Shown: positions 1 through 9,899 of the stretch, piece after piece
Layout: each line of letters starts with the position of its first letter
Numbering within the stretch: position 1 is the stretch's first letter
NCBI GenBank assembly: GCA_028865725.1
Contig: JAGWJP010000002.1
Coordinates: forward strand, 168,050 to 232,049
DNA: 64,000 nucleotides
Source of the DNA: Patescibacteria group bacterium
GTDB taxonomy: Bacteria > Patescibacteriota > Minisyncoccia > UBA6257 > JACRHW01
Direction of reading: 5' to 3'
The notes under the pieces: model-generated
What the model was told of the DNA's origin: nothing
The model's database searches: none
What the model saw: the letters and a program-made list of their open reading frames with translations, nothing else
Made by a program: the position numbers and the translations under genes

Positions 1-1583
1 GAACGCAACGCCGGACAATCCCACTGACCGGTAATTGATACGCCGAGCAACGCCTCTTCTTCGCAATTCTTCTTCCATTCTGGAGAAAGATAAGGAAAAT
101 TTGTAAGGGAAGCTTGATAGGTCCCTAGAATAGTCGCCACGCGCACCTTATCCATCAACGTATCGACCGTGTCATCGTTACGAGCCACCACTTCGGATAG
201 ATTGCAAAACTCTTTAGATTTCAAAATGATTTCTCCACATGGATTGGTCCCCGATGTTTGCATATCCGGTTCAAATAATTTCCAACGCCGTGTGGGAAAC
301 TGCTCCTTAAGACTTCCGCGATTAAATACTCCGCGCTCCCCTGATCCTGCTTTGGCTAAGTTTACCCACTCATCCAAGAAATGCGCCATAGAAGGCTTTT
401 CGTTGTAAGCGACCGAATTATTCGCCATAGAACGCTCCGGATGATTGAGATAAAACTGACCGTTTTTTGCTTCACGCATTGCAAGATCATCAAGATCGGA
501 CAAAGAAAGCAACGCAGATCTACGCACGCCGCCAGCCACTACCGTATCTCCTATTTTACAAATAATATCGTGAGCATCGATCGTTTTTAGACGTCGCCCC
601 TGGCATTTGAGCATTCGTTCGCGTGCAAAAGTGAGCAAACTCTTGAGAGGCTCGGGGCCAGAAGAACGTCCTCCCATCGTTTTTAGGCGCGCACCGCGCG
701 GGCGCAGTTTTGAATAATCAAACACGACGTCCTTTCCTTCTGCCCATGTTTTTAACCCGTACACCAACGCATCGGCCCATCCTTCACGACTGTCAGGAAT
801 CGCATATTGAATTGCTTTGCCAGAAACCTGCCGCTTGATAATAGGAAGAAGTCCAATCGTCTGTTCCTCTACAGAAAAACCAACTCCTGTCCCGCACATT
901 AAGATATAAACAATTTCTCCAAAATCCTGCCACTCCTTCGGCGCGATAAACGAACAATTGTATGCGGCAACATTGGTCGAACGCGCCGCCTTGCCTGCAA
1001 ATTGGACGAGGCGCATGGAGCCTAATGCTTTCATATTCAACATATACTCACGTATTTCTGCATACTCCGATTCTTTCAGCTTCGCACCGATATGTTCCCG
1101 CATAAAATCAATGTAGCGATCGACAGTCTCTACCCACGTCTCACGACGATTCTCTGCCTCAATCCAGCGCGCATACGTCTGATAAAACACGAATTCGGAG
1201 AGATTATTTCTAAAATATTGTTTACTCTCCTCAACCAATGCTTTCACATGCTCGGGCACTATTTTATTTGCCGCACGCTGTTTTGCCCTACCCTCACGAT
1301 AGAGAATATACTCCTTCGCTGTTTTTGAAAATCCAAGCGCGATCAGTACTTCTTCCACCACATCCTGAATTTCTTCAACCTGAGGTGCATAATCAGCAGA
1401 AAATCTTTTTCCTAAAATCTTCACGACCTCATTCGATACGCGAGGAGGATCTAGGGCGGCATCTCCTTCTCCCACGATAGACATGGCTTTTTTGATCGCA
1501 TTCGTAATACGGGATTGATCCCAAGGCACAAGACGGCCATCACGCTTTTTCACTTCTTTGAACATCGCCTTTTGTTTCGCCAT
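1..1583 (-). CDS. nrdJ: Class II (adenosylcobalamin-dependent) ribonucleotide reductase, N-terminal part; the gene runs past the window start
   Basis: Manual reverse-complement translation gives an uninterrupted frame from the ATG at 1583-1581 to the window edge. It is absent from the ORF track because it has no stop inside the window. N-terminal ATP-cone (VKKRDGRLVPWDQSRITNAIKKA) and the class II active-site motif TNPCGEI are present. Confidence 0.75.
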   Translation of the reverse strand, partial: MAKQKAMFKEVKKRDGRLVPWDQSRITNAIKKAMSIVGEGDAALDPPRVSNEVVKILGKRFSADYAPQVEEIQDVVEEVLIALGFSKTAKEYILYREGRAKQRAANKIVPEHVKALVEESKQYFRNNLSEFVFYQTYARWIEAENRRETWVETVDRYIDFMREHIGAKLKESEYAEIREYMLNMKALGSMRLVQFAGKAARSTNVAAYNCSFIAPKEWQDFGEIVYILMCGTGVGFSVEEQTIGLLPIIKRQVSGKAIQYAIPDSREGWADALVYGLKTWAEGKDVVFDYSKLRPRGARLKTMGGRSSGPEPLKSLLTFARERMLKCQGRRLKTIDAHDIICKIGDTVVAGGVRRSALLSLSDLDDLAMREAKNGQFYLNHPERSMANNSVAYNEKPSMAHFLDEWVNLAKAGSGERGVFNRGSLKEQFPTRRWKLFEPDMQTSGTNPCGEIILKSKEFCNLSEVVARNDDTVDTLMDKVRVATILGTYQASLTNFPYLSPEWKKNCEEEALLGVSITGQWDCPALR

Positions 1584-1793
1584 AGTCGTGTAATGAAGGT
1601 GGTCACAGGGGCAGGAACAATGCGCGCCTGCGGCATCGTACCCACACCATGTCACTCATTAATAGTTTCCTCTCTCTACTATCGCTCAAAACGCATAAGA
1701 AATACTTGTGGATAACTTAAAAATAAAAAACCCGCCTGTATTGCGAGTTCCTGAGGGCATAATTCCCTCTCTTCGTCAAAAAATATGGATCAT

Positions 1794-1823
1794 AAAACAA
1801 AAAACCCGGCACGATATGCCGGG
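1794..1823 (-). terminator. Rho-independent terminator after the membrane-protein gene
   Basis: Hairpin CCCGGCA-cgata-TGCCGGG at 1805-1823, followed on the minus strand by a T-run (plus-strand A-run 1794-1804). Confidence 0.5.
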
Positions 1824-1845
1824 TTGAACAATTCTCTTCTTATTC

Positions 1846-2376
1846 TTATGCTTCTTTCTCGATGCATTTTGCCCACGGCCACGACCAGAATGGGTGAAAA
1901 AAATAATTTAAATTTATGCGTGGCTCTGGTTCCGTACCATAACACATAAGAGCAATAATAAACACAAGAAACAACACCATAAAACCATACAATACCAGCA
2001 CAAACAAAAACAGCCTCGTGATCGTGTCCAAAAGCGATACATCGCGACCATCCCCTAAAAGATCCGCAACGAATATAGATGTTGCATAGTAACCTGCAAA
2101 AACCCAGAGCGCGATCATAGACCACATCGCCATAGAAGGCATTACGGGTTCAATGCAAGAAGAAACGAGATGTGTCAAACCTCGCCACTCCGCGCCCGCG
2201 CACGCCATTACAAGCGAAAGCATTGCATACTTGACCTTCACCCTGTGGCGCGACACGAAGCTCAACCAGTGAATCCAGCGAGGAATCTCGCCTGCGACGA
2301 CAAGCTTCTGATCATGCTCGGGAAGCCGATTCATGCGGACCCTACGATCCATTCCCTCCCATCGAGACGTTTTCAT
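1846..2376 (-). CDS. Hypothetical integral membrane protein
   Basis: 176 aa ORF with several hydrophobic segments; ends just upstream of the terminator; no recognised motif. Confidence 0.4.
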   Translation of the reverse strand: MKTSRWEGMDRRVRMNRLPEHDQKLVVAGEIPRWIHWLSFVSRHRVKVKYAMLSLVMACAGAEWRGLTHLVSSCIEPVMPSMAMWSMIALWVFAGYYATSIFVADLLGDGRDVSLLDTITRLFLFVLVLYGFMVLFLVFIIALMCYGTEPEPRINLNYFFHPFWSWPWAKCIEKEA

Positions 2377-2778
2377 CTTTCTTTTCTCCTTTTCTCGATT
2401 TCCAAAGGACTAAAACCAAAATAGCACAGAAAATGCTATCTTGTCAATAATTCAAAGGGTAAAACGCAAAAATTAAAATGACAATTCAAAGTCCAAACGT
2501 ATTGAAATGAAAAGCACGGTATGCAAAAAATTCACGATTTTGAATGCAAAGCACGAAGAAGGCGAAGCTTAACGATACAAAACGCACCAACATAAATAGA
2601 AAAGCTTCAATCGCGAATAAAACATTCAGATTTGGATGAAGTGCAAAGTTTCAGGAAATAAAACACACCAAAACGAACGAGCTACAAGGCGTGAACGAGA
2701 AACGGAATGAGCTGTATTTGAAATACAGCGAATGAGTATCACAGTTCAGAACGCAGTAACTCGTCGTTTTCGTGCGTT

Positions 2779-4011
2779 TTACCTTCTTTTGCGGAGGAAG
2801 GCCGGTATATCCCAATGATCTACCGCCTCATCCTTAGAAGAATTGTTTGGTTTCCGTGCAAGAGTTGGCCGTACTGGTTCCTCTTTTATTTCAGGTTCTG
2901 GTACATACTCCTCTTCTTGCGCTGTCGTATCCACATCGAGTGCCTCTTCCCTTTCATCCTGATTATCTCGATTGTTCTTGCGCGATGTGGTCGTGTCTCC
3001 TCCGCCCATTTCCCCTTTCTTGTACCCGTCAAACCCAGTTGCAATTACGATCACCTTAACATCGCCCTTCTTCATGCGCTCATCGTGATAGGCTCCAAAA
3101 ATAACACGCGCAGATTGATCAATAGGTTCGGTAATCACCTTCGCAGCCTCGTTCACCTCGGAAAGCTTCAGATCGTCGTTGCCTGCCACGCTAAAAAGTA
3201 CCCCTTTTGCACCGCTCATGGATACTTCAAGCAACGGGGAATTTACCGCCTGCTTTGCCGCAGCAATCGCACGATCTTCGCCCTGCGCGGTACCAATACC
3301 AATAATAGCGGAACCTGCGTTTTGCATGATCGCTTTTACGTCTGCGAAATCTACGTTAATAATACCCGGTAAACTCACCAGTTCTGCAATACCACGTGTC
3401 GCTTGGTGCAACACATCATCAATCGCCTCAAATGCCTTGTTAAGCGGAGTATCTTTGTCGATAATATTAAAAATTCGGTCATTCGGCACGAGAATGAGCG
3501 TATCTACACGCTCCGAAAGCCGGTCTGCGGCCGCTTCTGCAACACGCATTCGCTGGATTCCTTCAAAAAAGAATGGTTTTGTGACCACCGCAATCGTAAG
3601 CGCACCAAGCTCTTGTGCCACTTCTGCCACTACCGGCGCTGCACCAGACCCTGTTCCCCCGCCAAGGCCGGCAGTAATAAACACCATATCCGCACCCTTT
3701 AATGCCTCGTGAAGTTCTTCGCGCGTCTCCTCTGCCGCCTGACGCCCCAATTCCGGGTTCATTCCTGTCCCTAAACCTCGGGTGAGATTTTTTCCGATGT
3801 GAATCTTCTCCTTTGCTTGAGACTGATGGAGGTCTTGAGAATCCGTGTTCACCGCAAGAAAATCAACCCCTTTGATCTGGAGCCTGCTCATGCGCGATAC
3901 GGCATTTCCTCCTCCGCCGCCTACGCCTACTACTTTGATTTTTACAAACGATTGAAATTCTGGTTTTACGTGCGGCATACGATTGACATGCACATATACG
4001 AATTCCGACAC
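2779..4011 (-). CDS. ftsZ: Cell division GTPase FtsZ
   Basis: Tubulin/FtsZ signature GGGTGSGAAPV; N-terminal IKVVGVGGGGGNAV; GTG start as given in the track. Confidence 0.95.
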   Translation of the reverse strand: MSEFVYVHVNRMPHVKPEFQSFVKIKVVGVGGGGGNAVSRMSRLQIKGVDFLAVNTDSQDLHQSQAKEKIHIGKNLTRGLGTGMNPELGRQAAEETREELHEALKGADMVFITAGLGGGTGSGAAPVVAEVAQELGALTIAVVTKPFFFEGIQRMRVAEAAADRLSERVDTLILVPNDRIFNIIDKDTPLNKAFEAIDDVLHQATRGIAELVSLPGIINVDFADVKAIMQNAGSAIIGIGTAQGEDRAIAAAKQAVNSPLLEVSMSGAKGVLFSVAGNDDLKLSEVNEAAKVITEPIDQSARVIFGAYHDERMKKGDVKVIVIATGFDGYKKGEMGGGDTTTSRKNNRDNQDEREEALDVDTTAQEEEYVPEPEIKEEPVRPTLARKPNNSSKDEAVDHWDIPAFLRKRR

Positions 4012-4079
4012 GAATGGTTATGAATACAATTTTTCGTTATTCATGCACGCATATCGTAGGTACCCTCTTCGTATATCTG

Positions 4080-5330
4080 TTAGGGAATAAAAACTTTAAG
4101 TATCTTTTTTATTTTGTTGACAAATCCTTTTTCAGATTCTACTACACTTACCACTTTTTCATCTGCGCCCCAAAAGAAAAGACCGGTTGCCGTAGCAAAT
4201 TCTGGACGGCGCACCATTTCTTCAACAGCCGCATCCTCACATTCCACCTTAAAGGGCTCACCCATTCTTACTACCATTTTTAATTCTGCTTTTACAAGGT
4301 CCGGGAGGATATCCATGCCTGCACCGCCCCCAATGACCACGACACCGCCGGGTAAACGCTTATCCCCCGCCGTTTTAAGCTCTGCTTTAATAAAATCGAA
4401 AATCTCTGAAAGACGAGCGCCGATAATTTCCGCAACAAACCTTTTTGATATCTTCCCTTCGAGGCTCGGATCCACACGGGATAGATCTAGCGACTCTTTG
4501 CGCGACATTTCCTCTGAGTTATTTGCAAACATAAGTTTCACACGTTCTGCAGCCTCCACAGGAATTTTAAGTCCGATTGCAATATCATTAGTAATACGAT
4601 TCGAACCTACGGGGAAAATAGATGCATGTAAAAGCTTCCCCTCTTCAAACACCGCGAGACTGGTTGTGCCTGCACCAATATCAATAACCACCACGCCGAT
4701 CTCGCGTTCATTTTTCGTAACCACTGATCGGCTTGCGGCAAGCGGTACGAACACCATTCCTCCCACGCGAATATTGGGCTCCAAACACTTTGTAATATTT
4801 TTGACCACCGGAGAAAATGTGTCGACTACCAAACTGTCTACCTCAAGACGGATTCCGTTCATGCCGAGCGGATCCTTAATAGCAACCCCGTCCACAAAAT
4901 ACTCCCGTGGAATTACATGAAGGATAGAACGATTCAAAGGCAGATTGATCGCTTGCGAGGCCTGGATTACGCGATCAATATCCTCGTAAGCGATTTCTCC
5001 GTCTGCGCGAGCTACTGCCACTACTCCGCGCGAAGGACGCGCTAAACTTTGGTAGCCTCCCACATTCACATAGGTATCTTTCAGTGCCTCGCGCGCTTCT
5101 GTGTCGAGCTCTGAACAAAATTCCACAACCGCTTTGCGCGCCTCATCCATATCAACGATCATGCCATTGCGCATCCCTTCTGATGGCCTGCTCTTTGCAC
5201 CCATAATATGCACCTTTCCGCGATCCAAATACCCCCATACCGCGCGTATGGTTGATGTACCGATATCGAGCCCCGCAAAACTATTCTTCATTACCCGTAA
5301 ATATAAAAAGAGTGAATTATTTGTTTTCAT
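4080..5330 (-). CDS. ftsA: Cell division protein FtsA (actin-like ATPase)
   Basis: FAGLDIGTSTIRAV phosphate-1 motif; actin/Hsp70-fold ATPase; adjacent to ftsZ; alternative start at about 5291. Confidence 0.9.
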   Translation of the reverse strand: MKTNNSLFLYLRVMKNSFAGLDIGTSTIRAVWGYLDRGKVHIMGAKSRPSEGMRNGMIVDMDEARKAVVEFCSELDTEAREALKDTYVNVGGYQSLARPSRGVVAVARADGEIAYEDIDRVIQASQAINLPLNRSILHVIPREYFVDGVAIKDPLGMNGIRLEVDSLVVDTFSPVVKNITKCLEPNIRVGGMVFVPLAASRSVVTKNEREIGVVVIDIGAGTTSLAVFEEGKLLHASIFPVGSNRITNDIAIGLKIPVEAAERVKLMFANNSEEMSRKESLDLSRVDPSLEGKISKRFVAEIIGARLSEIFDFIKAELKTAGDKRLPGGVVVIGGGAGMDILPDLVKAELKMVVRMGEPFKVECEDAAVEEMVRRPEFATATGLFFWGADEKVVSVVESEKGFVNKIKKILKVFIP

Positions 5331-5445
5331 TCTACTTCAATGTAGGAAAGAAAAACAAGAGCATGCGCATGAGTTTGTTAATCTACTGAGATGTAGAATA
5401 TAAGACGAAAAACAAAAAACGGCACGGAATGTGCCGTCCGACCCA

Positions 5446-5703
5446 TCACAACTTCTGATCCCAGTCTCCTTCGATATCGCGATTCTCAAGCACTGAAGAC
5501 GTTCCGCCCTTTTTTGCGCGTTCAACTCGACGCGGAAAGTCACGCTCAAAGTCTTCACTGGCCTGTTCAAGTGCCTTTTCCTTGAGCTTTTTACGCAACT
5601 CCTCTTCAGTTAAAACCCCTGACTCATACCCATCGACAATAGTATTCCAGATACGAAACCTCATCTCTCCGTCCTTCTGTTGAGCATGAATAACATTTCC
5701 CAT
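5446..5703 (-). CDS. Small hypothetical protein (85 aa)
   Basis: Charged or coiled-coil-like small ORF between ybeY and ftsA; no motif recognised. Confidence 0.35.
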   Translation of the reverse strand: MGNVIHAQQKDGEMRFRIWNTIVDGYESGVLTEEELRKKLKEKALEQASEDFERDFPRRVERAKKGGTSSVLENRDIEGDWDQKL

Positions 5704-5764
5704 ACAACACCTACCCTCTCGGTACCTTTCTCTAGTTCTTTAATAGCACAATACTAAAATAATG

Positions 5765-6205
5765 TCAATTATTTGTGGGGGTCCCTTGTATGTTGATGAG
5801 GATCTCCTTTTCTTTTTTCTCCATGCGGGCGGCGTCGCGATCGTGGATGTGATCGTACCCCAAAAGATGAAGAATACCATGAACCAGAAGCTTTGTCTCC
5901 CACTCGTGGTAGGAGATTTTCATGGCGCGAGCTTCATTCCGTATTTTTGCAGACGCAAGATAAAGTTCTCCGAGATAATGTACCCCTCCTTCCGGATCGA
6001 TAAATCCTTTGGGTTCAGGAAACGAGAGCACATTGGTCACTTTGTCTTTTCCCGCAGTGCCGCGATACAGTGTCCGCATGCGCGCATCGCTTACACAGTA
6101 AATGTCGATGCCCGCGTCAGGGATTTGCAGAATATGAAAAATCCTTCCCACAAGGGTGGCAAGGCGCTTTTCTTGGGTTTTTGACCCTATCACATGAATG
6201 CTCAT
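5765..6205 (-). CDS. ybeY: Endoribonuclease YbeY (rRNA maturation factor)
   Basis: HGILHLLGYDH zinc-binding motif typical of the YbeY/UPF0054 family; about 146 aa. Confidence 0.85.
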   Translation of the reverse strand: MSIHVIGSKTQEKRLATLVGRIFHILQIPDAGIDIYCVSDARMRTLYRGTAGKDKVTNVLSFPEPKGFIDPEGGVHYLGELYLASAKIRNEARAMKISYHEWETKLLVHGILHLLGYDHIHDRDAARMEKKEKEILINIQGTPTNN

Positions 6206-6438
6206 CTCTTCGTCTTCTTTTTTATCAGAAGACCAAGCTTCTTCAAACGCGCAAACTCTTCCTGTTTTCCGGAACGATACAGTGCAGAGCGATGCCGTTT
6301 TTGTTTCGTCACCACGCGATCATGGTATCGCCGTGAGCGTGCCTCAAGCAATACACCGCTTTTTTGCATTGCCTTCCTAAATCGACTTACAAAACTTTCC
6401 ACTGATTCTCCGTTTTTTCGTTTTAATGCGAGTGCCAT
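6202..6438 (-). CDS. rpsU: 30S ribosomal protein S21
   Basis: 78 aa basic protein; KRKNGESVESFVSRFRKAMQKSGVLLEARSRRYH matches the S21 family; 4-nt overlap with the ybeY start. Confidence 0.85.
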   Translation of the reverse strand: MALALKRKNGESVESFVSRFRKAMQKSGVLLEARSRRYHDRVVTKQKRHRSALYRSGKQEEFARLKKLGLLIKKKTKR

Positions 6439-6602
6439 TAATTATGAGATTCTTAACGCTTAGTAATGAGTTCTTAAAACAGGTAAAAAAATTCTTTGCT
6501 TTTCGATGAAATTCCGGGGAATACTCAAGCATCCGACTGAGGAATACTATATTTTGAAGGGGAGCGGAGTTTGACGAAGAAATTCGCTCAAAGCAAAGAG
6601 TG

Positions 6603-7013
6603 TTAAGACATTTTGAGCTTTTTTGCTACATCTGTCAAGTCTTCTTGGGGCGGATGATGCACGACCGATTGAAGCGATCCTCCCCCGTCGCTCACAAAGC
6701 GTGGCATAAGATGCGTGTGCAAGTGTGCAACCTCTTGTCCGCTTGCCCGGCCTTGGTTCATTCCTATTGTCATGCCTTCCGGGCGCAACACCTCTTCTAT
6801 GCGGACGGCCACTTTCTGCACAACGCTGAAATAGGGCGCTAATGTAGCATGGGGCAATTCACGAAGTGTCGCGACATGAAGACGCGGCACGACAAGTGTA
6901 TGACCTATCGTACGCGGATGCACATCAAGAAACGCAAGCGCAGCATCATCTTCAAAAATAATGTGCGCTCGAATGTCATGACAAATGATGCGACAAAACA
7001 AACAATCCGACAT
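6603..7013 (-). CDS. HIT-family (histidine triad) nucleotide hydrolase
   Basis: HLHTHLMPRF histidine-triad motif; 136 aa. Confidence 0.8.
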   Translation of the reverse strand: MSDCLFCRIICHDIRAHIIFEDDAALAFLDVHPRTIGHTLVVPRLHVATLRELPHATLAPYFSVVQKVAVRIEEVLRPEGMTIGMNQGRASGQEVAHLHTHLMPRFVSDGGGSLQSVVHHPPQEDLTDVAKKLKMS

Positions 7014-7062
7014 ATAAGAATCTACAAATAGATTTTCTTTGCATGAGATTCTGAATCCTAGC

Positions 7063-8481
7063 TTATTTTTTTAACCGACGCTTAATCTCGTCAAATATCT
7101 TTGCGAGAGGAATTACCTCTTGCGATCCGGTGTGCATATCACGCAAAATAATCGTTTCATCCAACACCTCGCGTTGCCCTAAAATAAGGACAAACTCTGC
7201 GCCCAGACGGTCCGCGATTTTAAGCTGTGCCTTAATAGAATCACGGCCGAATGATTCTGCGCTTGAGATTTTTTCTTTTCTCAAACCCTCACGAAGCTTC
7301 ATCAACTTCCGTTTTGCGATCACACCAAGTTGCACTAAAAAGACTTTCACAGGCGCCTCACTTCGCTGAGAGGAAGTACTCCCTTCAATACAATCAACCA
7401 CACGATCAACCCCAATCGCACCCCCGAGGCCAGGCGTGTCTTTCCCCCCTAAAAGCTTTACCAAATCGTCATAGCGACCTCCGCCTGCAAGGGCAAGTGG
7501 AGAAATCTCTGTGCCCTTCTTTTCCTCGCTCTCTCCGCTTCCAATCTTCTCTACTTCTTGTGCACTCACTTGTTTTTCAAAAAAAACAGGATTTGAAAAT
7601 ACCTCAAACACGGTACGGGTATAATAATCAAGTCCGCGCACAAGATAAGGAGAGAGGGCGTAGGGGATCTCCATTTCGTCAAGAAATTCCAATACTCCTT
7701 TGAAATGCGTACTGCAGGCAGAACACAAGTTATCGAGCATCGCAGGTGCGCCGCTTCGCAAATCTATACACTCTTTTTCTTTACAATCGAGAAGCCGGAA
7801 TGGGTTTACCTGATAACGATTTTTACAGTCTTTGCATAGCTTGGAAAGCTTATTGCGATAATAATCCTTAAGCTTGTTGCGCCAGACCGTGCGGCAGGAT
7901 TTGTCCCCAATGCTGTTTATCTCGACCACAAGATCCTTCACTTTAAGCTGTTTCAAGATATTGAAAATGACGACAATCACTTCCGCGTCATAAGAAGGAC
8001 TGCTGTCCCCCAACACTTCGAGACCGAATTGCGTAAGCTGGCGCAACCGTCCTCGCTGAGGCGCCTCGTGGCGAAACATAGGGCCCATATAAAATAGCTT
8101 CACCGGCTGGGGAAGATTTTGCATGCCGTGCTCAATATACGCACGCGCCACAGGAGCCGTCCCTTCCGGACGCAACGTCAGTTTTGTTCCTCCCTCTGTC
8201 TTGAACGTATACATCTGCTTTTCAATGATATCGGTTGCCTCGCCCACTGCGCGCAAAAAAAGTTCTGTGTCTTCAAAAATTGGCGTTTCAATGTGTCCAT
8301 ACTGATAATATCTGGCATATTCAAAAGCAATGTCCTTTACCTTTTCACGCAATACTTCATCTTCGGGCAACACATCCTTTACTCCGCGTGCCGTTTTAGG
8401 AATCCATTTTACTTTTTTCACTGCTATCTCTTTTTTAGGTGCAGATTTTGGTTTCAATTTGGTAGTCGTTTTTTTCTTCAT
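7063..8481 (-). CDS. hisS: Histidyl-tRNA synthetase with a Lys-rich N-terminal extension
   Basis: TARGVKDVLPED start region and RPEGTAPVARAY (class II aaRS motif 2 region); C-terminal anticodon-binding domain; an extra lysine-rich segment of about 40 aa at the N-terminus. Confidence 0.9.
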   Translation of the reverse strand: MKKKTTTKLKPKSAPKKEIAVKKVKWIPKTARGVKDVLPEDEVLREKVKDIAFEYARYYQYGHIETPIFEDTELFLRAVGEATDIIEKQMYTFKTEGGTKLTLRPEGTAPVARAYIEHGMQNLPQPVKLFYMGPMFRHEAPQRGRLRQLTQFGLEVLGDSSPSYDAEVIVVIFNILKQLKVKDLVVEINSIGDKSCRTVWRNKLKDYYRNKLSKLCKDCKNRYQVNPFRLLDCKEKECIDLRSGAPAMLDNLCSACSTHFKGVLEFLDEMEIPYALSPYLVRGLDYYTRTVFEVFSNPVFFEKQVSAQEVEKIGSGESEEKKGTEISPLALAGGGRYDDLVKLLGGKDTPGLGGAIGVDRVVDCIEGSTSSQRSEAPVKVFLVQLGVIAKRKLMKLREGLRKEKISSAESFGRDSIKAQLKIADRLGAEFVLILGQREVLDETIILRDMHTGSQEVIPLAKIFDEIKRRLKK

Positions 8482-8523
8482 AGTATGTAACGCGAAAAGC
8501 TACATAAGCCCCGCGCATTCTTA

Positions 8524-9099
8524 TTAATTCGTACGATAATCATTTGCCGCAAACACATGAGCCTCGGGAAGCGGCCAAAGCCGGAAACGAACCAACCCGA
8601 TAATATTGGCGGTAGGAACGGCTCCCCACGACCGAGAATCATAACTAAACTCTCTGTTGTCCCCCATAACAAAATACTGATCACTCTCTAATTTAAGAGT
8701 GAGATCCCCCTCTGTTTGTTCATGGGCAGGAAGATACGGTTCTCCGAGAGTGTGCGCCTTTCCTTGTGTATCAGTAACCGTCACCATGCCATCATGCACT
8801 TGTACGGTTTCTCCGGGAAGCCCGATAATACGTTTAATATAAAAGGTAGTATAATCTTTGGGAAATCGAAATACGATCACTTCACCACGCTCTGGTTTTC
8901 GAAATCGATACGCCAGCTCATCAATAATCAAATAATTTCCGCTCGTGAATGTGGGCTCCATACTCGATCCTTTTACCAAAAACGGCTGAGCAATGAAATA
9001 TCGTACCAAAAACACGGCAAGAAGCGATACCACCAACACTTCTGCAAGTTCTGCTACAAAAAGAAGAATTTGACGCATGATAAAAAAATTAAAATTCAA
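8524..9099 (-). CDS. lepB: Signal peptidase I
   Basis: N-terminal TM segment; GSSMEPTF (catalytic Ser box) and GDNREFSYDSRSWG (box E). Confidence 0.85.
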   Translation of the reverse strand: MNFNFFIMRQILLFVAELAEVLVVSLLAVFLVRYFIAQPFLVKGSSMEPTFTSGNYLIIDELAYRFRKPERGEVIVFRFPKDYTTFYIKRIIGLPGETVQVHDGMVTVTDTQGKAHTLGEPYLPAHEQTEGDLTLKLESDQYFVMGDNREFSYDSRSWGAVPTANIIGLVRFRLWPLPEAHVFAANDYRTN

Positions 9100-9206
9100 A
9101 TCTTAAAATTAAAAAATACGGTTGTGAAAATGGCCTCCCTTTTCACATTTCCCTACTTTTGCCTTTTGATTTTTCCCTTTTGAATTATTCAACAAATGTG
9201 GCATAA

Positions 9207-9833
9207 TTGTACCACATAATTCCCAATATACAAATGGAACCTTTTTTAGTGGTTGGGCTTGGCAATGCGGAAAAACGGTACGAACATACCTACCATAATG
9301 TAGGTTTTCTTGCACTTGATCGCCTTGCAGCACGTTTTTCGCTCGAGCCCACCCCTCTCACCCTCCCTATACGCTGGAGCTTAAAAAAAATAACAGCCAT
9401 CATGTACACACTCACCGATGAATCACGTGGCGCACACTACATGTTTGCGAAACCGCAATGCTATATGAACGAGTCGGGCATCACAGTTGCAGCACTCATG
9501 AGACGATATGCCGATCAATACCATCTGACCTCAAAAGGCCTGTATGTCATTCACGATGATTCTGATATTGCTCTCGGATCCTACAAGCTCAAGTGGGGAG
9601 GAAACTCCGGTGGACACAATGGTATCGAATCCGTCATCCGTTTCCTGGGTACCCAAGAGTTTTGGCATCTCAAAATTGGCATTCGCAATATGATGGACCC
9701 TATACGCGTAAAAGCTGAGAAACTAGTACTGCAACACATCGGTTCTCAAGAACAACACGCCCTCGACACCACTATTTCTGAAGCACTCGATTCCCTCGAA
9801 GAGCAGTGCGGGCTTTCTTCCCGAAAATCTTGA
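9207..9833 (+). CDS. pth: Peptidyl-tRNA hydrolase
   Basis: VVGLGNAEKRYEHTYHNVGF matches the Pth signature (GLGNPG..Y..TRHNVGF); likely start at the internal Met at about 9234. Confidence 0.85.
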   Translation: MYHIIPNIQMEPFLVVGLGNAEKRYEHTYHNVGFLALDRLAARFSLEPTPLTLPIRWSLKKITAIMYTLTDESRGAHYMFAKPQCYMNESGITVAALMRRYADQYHLTSKGLYVIHDDSDIALGSYKLKWGGNSGGHNGIESVIRFLGTQEFWHLKIGIRNMMDPIRVKAEKLVLQHIGSQEQHALDTTISEALDSLEEQCGLSSRKS

Positions 9834-9899
9834 CGAAAAAAGGAAGTATTGCTTAAATAAGTTTAGTCCCTATCTCCTCTCCCGCAAAGGAGCGCAACA

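Noticed and set aside
1584-1790. Cobalamin riboswitch upstream of nrdJ
   Set aside because: I looked for a B12-box and did not find a convincing match; it is kept only as a low-interest finding pending an Rfam scan.
4114-4920. Long antisense ORFs inside ftsA (4114..4920+), ftsZ (3179..3712+), the LTD gene (15620..16036+) and gyrA (45255..45674-) among others
   Set aside because: They are antisense to strongly supported conserved genes, with low-complexity translations typical of shadow ORFs.
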